Of a DNA stretch of 41,433 nucleotides, positions 29,114 to 37,441 are shown piece after piece. The notes below the pieces were generated by a model. That model was not told the DNA's origin, searched no databases, and saw nothing but the letters and a program-made list of their open reading frames with translations. This stretch comes from Parachlamydiales bacterium (lineage in GTDB: Bacteria; Chlamydiota; Chlamydiia; Chlamydiales; Parachlamydiaceae): positions 1 through 41,433 of the forward strand of contig JAGVJP010000082.1 in assembly GCA_020051075.1 (NCBI GenBank), in the 5' to 3' direction. Position numbers and translations under genes: made by a program. The stretch's first letter is position 1. The number at the start of each line of letters is the position of its first letter.

Positions 29114-29347
29114 ATGATCGGTTTTTCGAAATTTTTGGGAAAGATCTTTTCTTGAGTTGTTGCTCATTTTTTATAATATATTTGGTTTCGAACATGACAG
29201 CTATTGGTGGATTGGTTCGATTTTTAAGTTAACCAATGAAATATGTGCATTTAACTGTTTTTGTTCTTTTCTGATTTCACAAGATTGAGTAGAATATCGC
29301 TGATCTTTCATTTGTGATGAACGAATTTTTCAAATGATTACTGAAAA
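29114..29347. repeat. Divergent intergenic module, copy 1
   Basis: Colinear homology with 39467-39675. The first block is 33/37 identical. Confidence 0.8.
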
Positions 29348-29410
29348 CATAATGAGAATGTGGATCCCCTGACAGATCTATAATGACCACAATTTCTAGG
29401 AGATAAACCA

Positions 29411-30259
29411 ATGAGCAATGATTTAGTTGAAATAACACATCATCAAACGTTTGAATCCCTCCGGCAAGAAGAGAAAGGGGACGAGTTCTGGAGTGCACGG
29501 AAATTGGCAAAGGCATTGGAATACAATGAGTACAGAAATTTTCTCAAAGTTATCGGGAAAGCTAAAGAATCGTGTAAAAATAGCGGACACAATACCGTGG
29601 ATCATTTCGTTGATATCACCGAAATGATCGATATAGGTAAAGGAGGTCAAAGACAAGTTGAAGATGTAAAACTATCTCGCTACGCCTGCTATTTAATTGT
29701 CCAAAATGGCGATCCGGCAAAACCTGTTATTGCGAATGGTCAAACCTATTTTGCAATCCAAACTCGCCGACAAGAATTAGCTGATAATCGAGCATTCCAG
29801 CAGTTAAAAGAGGGTGAGAAACGCCTATTTCTTCGAAACGAGCTTTGCGAACACAACAAACTACTGGTTGAAACTGCTCAACAAGCAGGAGTAGAGACGC
29901 CTCTTGATTTTGCTGTCTTTCAAAATCATGGATATAAAGGCCTCTATGGCGGGTTGGATGCTAAAGGTATTCATCAACGCAAAGGACTTAAAAAGAGCCA
30001 AAAAATTTTAAATCACATGGGGAGCACAGAGCTTGCTGCCAATCTCTTCAGAACGACACAGGCAGAGGAAAAGCTGCGCAGAGACAATATCCAAGGGAAA
30101 AACAACGCTAATGAAACCCATTTCGAAGTTGGTAGAAAAGTCCGTCAAACGATCGAAGAATTAGGCGGCACGATGCCTGAAGACCTGCCTGTGGCTGAAA
30201 AAAGTGTTGATCAATTGAAAAAAGAAATTCGCAAAAGTTCGATAGAAGAAATCCTTTAG
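29411..30259 (+). CDS. dinD: DNA damage-inducible protein D (BRO-N-like)
   Basis: WSARKL, LSRYACYLIVQNGDP, YFAIQTRRQE, MGSTELAANLFR, GGTMPEDLP. Confidence 0.93.
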   Translation: MSNDLVEITHHQTFESLRQEEKGDEFWSARKLAKALEYNEYRNFLKVIGKAKESCKNSGHNTVDHFVDITEMIDIGKGGQRQVEDVKLSRYACYLIVQNGDPAKPVIANGQTYFAIQTRRQELADNRAFQQLKEGEKRLFLRNELCEHNKLLVETAQQAGVETPLDFAVFQNHGYKGLYGGLDAKGIHQRKGLKKSQKILNHMGSTELAANLFRTTQAEEKLRRDNIQGKNNANETHFEVGRKVRQTIEELGGTMPEDLPVAEKSVDQLKKEIRKSSIEEIL

Positions 30260-30702
30260 GGTGACGATGATTTTACGTTGCATCATTATTTTAATTCGTG
30301 CATACTAGTTTTTTAGAAGACTTGTTTTAAGTGATATTAATCCAGAGGAGGATTTAACAATGAATCTTGAGTTTTGTTCTAACATCAGGCCCTGGCTATC
30401 GCCATTTAATGTTTTTGTCGTTCAATCTAGCCTGTCCATTTTTTCCTCCCTTCATTCTCTCCATCATGAGCATCCAGCTCATTAATTTCTTTTTTTTATA
30501 GTTGATTTGAATTTTATAGAGTCCCATTAATCTTCGGGTATTACACATTTGTTTAATGTTGTGTAAATCTATTTTATTGATTTTTTTATAATCGTTTATT
30601 TACTTCGTCACTGATTTCGCAGAAGTATTTAACGAACACGAGGGTGGATCACGTGGAACACTCTTTGTTTTTGCTATTAAGTTATATTTTATAGGATTTC
30701 AT

Positions 30703-30854
30703 ATGAAGCCGCCTCTGTAATCGTGTTGGGGTGCACGGAGCTTTCATTGTTTGCTAAGGAACTATCAGTGAGTAGTAAAAAAATCATAGACCCCTTAGAT
30801 GTTTTAGCTGAAAAATTGTTGGAAAAAAGTTTTGAAAATAGGAGTGAAAAATGA
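30703..30854 (+). pseudogene. Aspartate/glutamate racemase remnant (internal deletion)
   Basis: The frame from 30711 reads ASVIVLGCTELSLF...IIDPLDVLAEKLLEKSFENRSEK*, and its stop overlaps the symporter ATG. An RBS plus ATG AAG at 30703 is out of frame. Not in the ORF track. Confidence 0.8.
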
Positions 30855-32218
30855 ATTTATCAATTTTTATCTGCATGCTTTTTGGGCTGCAATTGTTTTA
30901 TTGGGTTGTTGGCCGTCGGACGTCAAAAGGTGTTGCTGACGAACAGGACTATTTCCTTGCCGGAAAAAATGTGCAATTCTTCCCTCTGATGATGACCTTT
31001 GTTGGGGTGATCGTCGGTGGCGGTGTGGTCCTCGGTTCTGCGGAGGAGGCCTTCCTCTACGGCTGGCCGGTATTTTTGTATCCGCTTGGAGGTGCACTTG
31101 GTTTGATGGTATTGGGGTCAGGGATTGGCAGACGTTTGGCTCAATTTCCGGTCACCACAGTGGCTCAAATTTGTGAAATTGTTTATGGTTCTTCGACACT
31201 AAAAAAGGCTGCTTCGCTTCTTTCTATTGTCTCCCTCTTTATGATCCTTGTGGGGCAGATTATTGCTTCAAGCAAATTCCTTGTGAGTCTTGGCATCAGC
31301 AGCACCCCCCTTTTCGTACTATTTTGGATGATTGTCATCTTCTATACTGTACAAGGTGGTTTGAAAGCAGTCATCTCTACAGACCTTGTTCAGGCAATTT
31401 TATTTAGTGCGGTCTTTCTCTTTTGTTTTGGTTATGTGCTTTATTTTGAACCAGGCGTTTCCTCGACGCCACTACTCCAGTTGGAAAATTTGTCTTCAGT
31501 TTCATCAAAGCTCACAGGATGGCTCTTGATGCCTCTGTTTTTCATGGTGATTGAACAAGATATTGCGCAACGCTGTTTTGCTGGCTCTTCGCCTAAAACG
31601 GTCTCTCGTGCTGCATTTGCAGCCGGAATATGCACCATGATTCTTTCTATTGTCCCAGTGTTTTTTGGCGTACTTGCCTATTCGATGCAGCTGGAGATTC
31701 CTACACGAGGCAGCGTGTTGATGAGTGCGATCATAGCAACGACTAATCCTGTTTTATCAGCTTTGGTGGGATGTGCAATTTTGGCTGCCATCATCTCTAC
31801 GGCGACAGCGCTCATTAATGCGATCAGCTCTAATCTATCTAGCGATTTCAATATAGGTGCTGTGAAGTCTCTGAGTAGCATAAGCGTGGTCCGGTGGATT
31901 TCTTGCCTGATATCAGTAGCAGCAATCCTTTTTGCATTTTATTTTGATAACATTGTCGACGTATTAATCCAAAGTTATGAACTTTCAGTCAGTTGTCTCT
32001 TCATTCCTGTTATCGTTGCTCTATTCAACAAAAAAGGAAATGTGGTGTCTGCTTGGTTGGCGATGCTTGGCGGCGCTTTCGGATTTGTCCTTTTCCGCAT
32101 TTATCCGATTGAGTTTCCTAGAGAGGTGGCAAGTATTCTTTTATCACTATTTGGATATGTGTGCGGCGAAGTCATCGCTTATTTCCGCCAGAATTTGGAG
32201 TCTGTTTATGAAAAATAA
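30851..32218 (+). CDS. Sodium:solute symporter family protein
   Basis: DYFLAGK, YTVQGGLKAVISTD, QRCFA, AAIISTA. Confidence 0.92.
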   Translation: MNLSIFICMLFGLQLFYWVVGRRTSKGVADEQDYFLAGKNVQFFPLMMTFVGVIVGGGVVLGSAEEAFLYGWPVFLYPLGGALGLMVLGSGIGRRLAQFPVTTVAQICEIVYGSSTLKKAASLLSIVSLFMILVGQIIASSKFLVSLGISSTPLFVLFWMIVIFYTVQGGLKAVISTDLVQAILFSAVFLFCFGYVLYFEPGVSSTPLLQLENLSSVSSKLTGWLLMPLFFMVIEQDIAQRCFAGSSPKTVSRAAFAAGICTMILSIVPVFFGVLAYSMQLEIPTRGSVLMSAIIATTNPVLSALVGCAILAAIISTATALINAISSNLSSDFNIGAVKSLSSISVVRWISCLISVAAILFAFYFDNIVDVLIQSYELSVSCLFIPVIVALFNKKGNVVSAWLAMLGGAFGFVLFRIYPIEFPREVASILLSLFGYVCGEVIAYFRQNLESVYEK

Positions 32219-32402
32219 AGTTTCAAATACGGCCACATTGCAAACGATTCGAGTGTGTGATAATGGCGAAAAGCTCATAGCCCTGCCAAGTGTTGCAGGG
32301 CATCCTACGGGTGGAGCCGTTGACCTGACTCTAGCAATAGATGGCTGTGAAATCCCTATGGGAGGAAAGCGACGTTGTCTCTCATTTCAAAAAAGTAATT
32401 GA
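32208..32402 (+). pseudogene. D-Ala-D-Ala dipeptidase (M15, VanX/DdpX-like) remnant
   Basis: DNGEKLI is followed almost directly by AGHPTGGAVDLTL...MGG, so the middle appears deleted. The C-terminus is cut by the composite element at 32367. Confidence 0.8.
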
Positions 32403-32621
32403 GCCATTTCTTACCCTCCCTCTTATCCTTCCCATCCTGTCAATTTTTACAAGATAGGGAGGATAGGAAAGATAGGGCAGGATAGCGAATATCTTACGCA
32501 CCATCATCCTTTTTATCCTTCCCATCCTGTCAATTTTTACAGGATAGGGAGGATAGGAAAGATCGGGCAGGATAGTTTGTTATTCAGGGGGTAGTGGCTT
32601 GACGAAGTTATGAAAATAGCC
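32367..32621. mobile_element. Composite non-coding element, copy 2
   Basis: Same flanks as 13431-13661, with a longer internal family-B array. Confidence 0.7.
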
Positions 32622-32682
32622 AATTTTTCTAGGTTCATTGATGCTCACTATTCCTGAAGTTTGTCAACTTAATGAGAATGAC

Positions 32683-34521
32683 TTAAAATCTTTTTCGCAG
32701 TGATGAATAATAGTCTTCATATTTGTTTCGCGCTGTCTCGGATAATAGGACGACTTCTTGAATAGTGGCATTTTCATTGAGCTCAGCTTGTCCTGATTTA
32801 TGAGCAACGACCATCATTGCGATATCGTTGATTGTGAAAAATAGACGGATGTAATGACTTTTTTGCTGTGAAATGATCACCTTTTCGAGGCGTAGTTCAT
32901 TACCTTGAACAACGATATCTTTAAAAATTAATGAGTTGTTGGAATAGGGGAATGTGCATTCATCCACTATAAAAGTTTTATCATACCATTGAAATTGAGC
33001 TTGCCAAAAGGTGCTCGGCAAGTCAATGTGGTGCGTTGCCTTTAATTTTTTTATATAATGTAAAGCATCGCCTGGTTTAATAGAAATCATTCGAAATCGA
33101 TTGATGTGATCAACGATAATGGTGGGCATGATGGAGCTGCTTTCGATCAAAACAGTTTTTGCTCCATTCACTGTGATGGAATCACTTTCGTTTTCTGCAA
33201 GAGTAAGGAATCGGTCGTCGATCTTAATCACATCCGAAGAGTACAAGGGAAAAAAGTCATGAGTTTCCGGCAAGCAAAGCAAGGGGATGTTTGCTATGAT
33301 TGAATAGGTAATTGATGACATCATCTCTTGTAAACGTTCTATCGATCCGGTGGAAAAATCAATCGTTGCAAGGCCTTTGAAAAAATCTCCCCAATGGTAA
33401 ACAGGTGCCAGAGGCAGCTGCCAGCAATCTTTTGTCGTGTCGTAGATGACATCAGCGGTTGTGAGAAATTTTTTTTCATCAGACGGCAGCAGCGTCGTCC
33501 ATTTACAATAACTTACACAATCGGTCAAAGTATCGCAGATGATTGCAAAGCGATAAGGCTTTCTCTGTTCATTCTTGAAAACCAATGGAATGTGATTGCC
33601 GCCCCCGTTGCAGGTAGAGTAATGAAAGAGATTGGTGGTTACCCTGGATTGAAAAAATTCTAAAACATCACTAAATTCATGAATGGAAAGGTCTGCAATG
33701 ATGGGTTCTCCTATCCAGGATATCGTTTCATCACGATTTGTTTCTTGATATTTTGCACCGCCATGGCCGGCAAGTAGAATGTTCCACGAGTAGGGCATGC
33801 TTGCATTGGGCAAGTCATCATAGGTAAGAAAGAAATCGGGCAAGGCATTCACAATCGATTCATTGACGCGGGACTCAAAATAAGCAGATGAAGTGTCTTC
33901 GGGATAGGGGACTTCTTCTAACGAATCGATGTTGAAGCCCAGTAATGAATTCTGTTCATGATATTTTTTCGGAATCAATAAATAGAATCCACCATTATTT
34001 TTATAAACAGTCCATTCTTCGGAGTCAAAGTGAGTAAGATAGTCAAGGAGGAGTTGATAATTTTCATCTGATACAGCATTTCGAGGGCGATAAAATTCTT
34101 GATTGATGTGTTGAACCGCTAAATTCTTGTTTTGGACCACATCATGATGAGTTGAGTTATAATAATGACTCAAATATTCCATCCGCTCATTAATCGATTG
34201 ATACAGATTGTAGATTCTAAATAGAGGTGTATTTTGTTGTTGTAAGTGTTGTTCGAAATTGATTCGACGTTCGATGAACGAATTCCAGAGGCTTGTGTGA
34301 AGTAATATGGGAGTTGTTTGTTCTGCAATGGCTGATTGCAGTCTACTCATCAGGAACCAACTGTCTGAGACCCCAACATTTTCGTAGTTGTCATGATCGA
34401 GAAGAATAAGGCAATTGCGCTGTGCGTGATCTGCATGCAGACAAGGTGTAATGGATAACAATATGAGCAGGAATATCACACCTATTTTTGTGATATTGTG
34501 TCTAATCGTTATGCCTGTCAT
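32683..34521 (-). CDS. Exported hypothetical protein with a possible His-Cys (clan CD-like) protease dyad
   Basis: A GGAGGAG RBS favours ATG 34521. Signal peptide, WNILLAGHG and FHYSTCNGGG motifs. Confidence 0.75.
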   Translation of the reverse strand: MTGITIRHNITKIGVIFLLILLSITPCLHADHAQRNCLILLDHDNYENVGVSDSWFLMSRLQSAIAEQTTPILLHTSLWNSFIERRINFEQHLQQQNTPLFRIYNLYQSINERMEYLSHYYNSTHHDVVQNKNLAVQHINQEFYRPRNAVSDENYQLLLDYLTHFDSEEWTVYKNNGGFYLLIPKKYHEQNSLLGFNIDSLEEVPYPEDTSSAYFESRVNESIVNALPDFFLTYDDLPNASMPYSWNILLAGHGGAKYQETNRDETISWIGEPIIADLSIHEFSDVLEFFQSRVTTNLFHYSTCNGGGNHIPLVFKNEQRKPYRFAIICDTLTDCVSYCKWTTLLPSDEKKFLTTADVIYDTTKDCWQLPLAPVYHWGDFFKGLATIDFSTGSIERLQEMMSSITYSIIANIPLLCLPETHDFFPLYSSDVIKIDDRFLTLAENESDSITVNGAKTVLIESSSIMPTIIVDHINRFRMISIKPGDALHYIKKLKATHHIDLPSTFWQAQFQWYDKTFIVDECTFPYSNNSLIFKDIVVQGNELRLEKVIISQQKSHYIRLFFTINDIAMMVVAHKSGQAELNENATIQEVVLLSETARNKYEDYYSSLRKRF

Positions 34522-34582
34522 TTCTCCTCCGACCGTTTGCACTTCATGTATATTTTTCCCTGTTCTGCCTTATTCCTCTTAT

Positions 34583-34689
34583 GCAAAAATCGGCTGTCAA
34601 GGCGTTTTCAGGTTGATTATAAACAAGTCGGTGATATTTTGGAACAGGTTCTAAAGCTGCTTGAACTTCTTAAGCTGTTTGTTGGTCAT
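34583..34689 (-). pseudogene. 5' fragment of an unidentified gene; second copy at 37374-37440
   Basis: Reads MTNKQL-(frameshift)-EVQAALEPVPKYHRLVYNQPENALTADFC. The second copy reads VSQYHQLMYNQPEKALTANFC. Confidence 0.6.
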
Positions 34690-34764
34690 TGTTTTCTCGC
34701 TTGTAAAATAACAATATTACAGGAAATCCAGAAAATCCATTAAGTTTCTTACGATACAAAATCC

Positions 34765-34840
34765 TCATCCACCACCTGCACTAAAAATCCAAAAGCCAAT
34801 CTCGATGAGATTGCCTTTAAGCGATTGAAAGAAAAGAATC
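34765..34840. repeat. Direct repeat of the tRNA-Pro-adjacent block (partner 37229-37305)
   Basis: tcatccaccacctg plus a perfect 29-mer tgcctttaagcgattgaaagaaaagaatc (34812-34840 = 37277-37305). Confidence 0.9.
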
Positions 34841-34849
34841 GGATGATAC

Positions 34850-34957
34850 TCATTTGTACAAACTGGCCTCATCAATCCAAATATTTATGCTTCCCCTTTG
34901 AATGAAACTTCTATTATAATCAGACCAGTTTTGAATTTGATATTTTGACTTTTGCAT
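34850..34957 (-). mobile_element. IS5-family (IS903-group) transposase N-terminal fragment
   Basis: MQKSKYQIQNWSDYNRSFIQRGSINIWID matches the KY.I.NW..YN..L..RGS...W.D start of IS903-like transposases. Confidence 0.8.
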
Positions 34958-35090
34958 GAGGTAATCCTTAGTAATGAAAAATGTTTTTTGAGTGGGTTGG
35001 AAAAAGACCGACAGCACAAGCTCTTGAAAATCTGGGTGTCGAAACCTCTCGAAGCGGCAAGAAATATCCAAGCAATGGGAAAAACACACT

Positions 35091-35618
35091 ATGAAATTCC
35101 AAATCCGACAGAATATTCTTAAAGATGAAGTCAAAAAAAAGATTTATGATGGTTTTAGTAATCAAGCCATAGACGTTACCGGCATTAACGGATTGGCAGA
35201 AGAGCCAATCTCTTTCGAAATTTTCAAAGATCAAGAGTTTGTTGGAGCGATAGTCGTACAGCTCTTTTGGGGACAGCTGCATATCAAGTATCTTTTTGTA
35301 GAAAAACATTGTCGAGGCCAAGGAATTGCGCGCGAACTAATGAATCATGCTCTCGAATTTGGAAAGCAACGAGGCTGCAACTTTGCCTTTGTGGAGACGA
35401 TGAGTTTTCAAGCTCCTGATTTCTATCAAAAGATGGGTTTTAAGATTGAATTTTCCAGGCCAGGATATGCAAAAAATACCATCTTTCATTATCTGAAGAA
35501 AAACTTGATTGGTGAAATCGATTCAGAAAGCCTGAAACAGATAACAAGAGTCGGTGTTTATGGAGTTGTGACGAAAGACGAAATACCAGCAAAACGTCAC
35601 AAAACAGGAAAAAAATGA
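35091..35618 (+). CDS. GNAT acetyltransferase with a short NUDIX-like C-terminal stub
   Basis: LFVEKHCRGQGIA and ETMSFQAPDFYQKMGF. The tail RVGVYGVV resembles the first strand of a NUDIX domain. Confidence 0.85.
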   Translation: MKFQIRQNILKDEVKKKIYDGFSNQAIDVTGINGLAEEPISFEIFKDQEFVGAIVVQLFWGQLHIKYLFVEKHCRGQGIARELMNHALEFGKQRGCNFAFVETMSFQAPDFYQKMGFKIEFSRPGYAKNTIFHYLKKNLIGEIDSESLKQITRVGVYGVVTKDEIPAKRHKTGKK

Positions 35619-36205
35619 CCATAGATTTAATCAACAATGAATTTTACAATACCTATGCTGATAACTTTGATAAAATTCCATTTGAGGATGTTCTCATTCC
35701 CTTAATTTTAAAATATTTACCTGCATTTCGCTGCGATATTCTTGAAATTGGTTCAGGAGCTGGGGCTTTGGCTTCATGGTTGTCAAAGCTTGGACATAAT
35801 GTCACATGTATAGAACCTGCAGAAAAGCCTGCTAAAATGGCCATAGAAAAGGGGTTAAATGTATGCCTAATAAGGTTTCAGGATTTTTTTACATGTCAAA
35901 CATTTGATAGCATAATCGCGATTTCATCGTTAATCCATATCACTAGGTCAGAAATGACATTACAAGTGCAGAAAATATTGCAGTTGCTCAAACCTGGTGG
36001 AATAGCTCTTGTTAGCCTTATTGAAGGTAATTGTGATGGTTATGAAGACCCTACAGGAAAAGGTAAAAAACGTTTTTTTTCTAAATTTACACAAGATGAA
36101 TTGAATGTTTTGTTATCATCATATTTTTCAATCATTGAAATTCACAAAATTGAAGTCAAAAAAATGAATCAGTCCTTCTTTCTGATGGCCTTAAAAGCAA
36201 TATAA
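35615..36205 (+). CDS. Class I SAM-dependent methyltransferase
   Basis: ILEIGSGAG, FDSIIAISSLIH, LKPGG. Confidence 0.88.
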   Translation: MTIDLINNEFYNTYADNFDKIPFEDVLIPLILKYLPAFRCDILEIGSGAGALASWLSKLGHNVTCIEPAEKPAKMAIEKGLNVCLIRFQDFFTCQTFDSIIAISSLIHITRSEMTLQVQKILQLLKPGGIALVSLIEGNCDGYEDPTGKGKKRFFSKFTQDELNVLLSSYFSIIEIHKIEVKKMNQSFFLMALKAI

Positions 36206-36263
36206 ATAATTTTCGCAATGCACAAAGAAGTGTCAATTTTTGGATTCATAAATATTTCTAAAA

Positions 36264-37169
36264 TTATTGATTTCTTCCTCTTTTAATCTGCTTGATAAAT
36301 TTGTCCTTCATAAATCCTCCGTGTACTTTAAGTTGTGGAGTTGTTTTTTTATTTATTTCAAGAAGGTGCACATCTGGATTGCTCCCTTTTTCGTGAGGAG
36401 CTCCATAAAAAACTTGCGAGATACCGGATTTAATAATGGCCGTCGAACACATCGCACAGGATTCTGCATTAGCATAAATAATGCAACCATCAAGTTTTTT
36501 CTTCCTAAGAATCTTACAGGCGAGTTGGATTGCTTCTATTTCCGCATGAGCAATGGCGAGCTGCTTTGTATTTGCTTGGTTGTGAGCAATAGCTAAGATG
36601 TTATTTTCAGAATCAGTAATGATAGAAGCAAATGGTGGATTCCCTTCTTGAATGGCGATTTCAACTTCTTCATAAACTAAGTTCATGATTTTTTCTTGAT
36701 CTGGGGATAAGGCCAAGCTTGATTCTGCATCATCGGATGAGAGAGGAAGATCATTAACAACTTCCATGCATAGATCTGGGATTTTCCGATCAGAATCTAA
36801 ACAATCCTTGATTGTGAGAACTGCGTTGCGAATTTCAAGAGGCAGCTCTTCTGAAGGTGCGTTTTCTCCTGGCCAAGAGTTATCCCGAGTTTTTTTATCG
36901 GGCCAACGAGAATAAGCCACCCATAGTCCATCAGATGTTCTATGTAAACAAGAGCCAATAGCACCACGAAATTCAATAAAATATTGAGCAACTTTACTCC
37001 AGGCTTCTTGATACTCATTTTCTCTGCCTGGTTTGAGATATCCTTGATAAATAAACGCGAACATTTTTTGAGAAGATTCCTTTTCAGAAAGTTGATTTAA
37101 ATGAATTTCTGCTTTCAACGCAAATAGGGGAAACAGAAAAAAGCATAACAGTTTTAAAACTTTGATCAT
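36264..37169 (-). CDS. Signal peptide + ABM-like domain + nucleoside deaminase fusion
   Basis: N-terminal signal, then MFAFIYQGYLKPGRE...GAIGSCLH...AYSRWP, then C-terminal PF...HAE...ESCAMC zinc deaminase motifs. Confidence 0.8.
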   Translation of the reverse strand: MIKVLKLLCFFLFPLFALKAEIHLNQLSEKESSQKMFAFIYQGYLKPGRENEYQEAWSKVAQYFIEFRGAIGSCLHRTSDGLWVAYSRWPDKKTRDNSWPGENAPSEELPLEIRNAVLTIKDCLDSDRKIPDLCMEVVNDLPLSSDDAESSLALSPDQEKIMNLVYEEVEIAIQEGNPPFASIITDSENNILAIAHNQANTKQLAIAHAEIEAIQLACKILRKKKLDGCIIYANAESCAMCSTAIIKSGISQVFYGAPHEKGSNPDVHLLEINKKTTPQLKVHGGFMKDKFIKQIKRGRNQ

Positions 37170-37228
37170 AACATTCCTTGCTTACTCGAATCCCATAAGG
37201 TAAGTTGCTTGGGATAAATGATTATGCA

Positions 37229-37305
37229 TCATCCACCACCTGAGATTAAATGCACAAAACGTATTCTCATCGAGAATGCCTTTAAGCGATTGAAAGAAAA
37301 GAATC
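37229..37305. repeat. tRNA-Pro-adjacent block (partner 34765-34840)
   Basis: See the partner entry at 34765-34840. Confidence 0.9.
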
Positions 37306-37350
37306 TGGGTGAGAGGATTTGAACCACCTACCCCTTGCATCCCATGCAAG
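37304..37350 (-). pseudogene. 3' half of tRNA-Pro(GGG), att-like remnant
   Basis: Minus strand CTTGC-ATGGGAT-GCAAG GGGTA GGTGG-TTCAAAT-CCTCT CACCCAG A gives the anticodon arm, T arm and acceptor 3' strand. No D arm or 5' acceptor strand. Confidence 0.85.
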
Positions 37351-37441
37351 GATGGTTGATTGTCATTTTCTTTGCACAAAAATTGGCTGTAAGGGCCTTT
37401 TCAGGCTGATTATACATCAGTTGGTGATATTGTGAAACAGA

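Noticed and set aside
30360..30485. 41-codon ORF after a GAGGAGG RBS
   Set aside because: No recognisable motif. It may be a gene-start remnant but cannot be supported as a CDS.
30600..30675. T-box or riboswitch upstream of the racemase-symporter operon (agggtggatcacg; tacttc...gaagta hairpin)
   Set aside because: Only a partial match to the T-box core, with no recognisable stem I or terminator. An Infernal/Rfam search would be needed.
37304..37350. Intact tRNA-Pro gene
   Set aside because: The D arm and 5' acceptor strand are missing and the T stem is mispaired, so it is reported only as a fragment.
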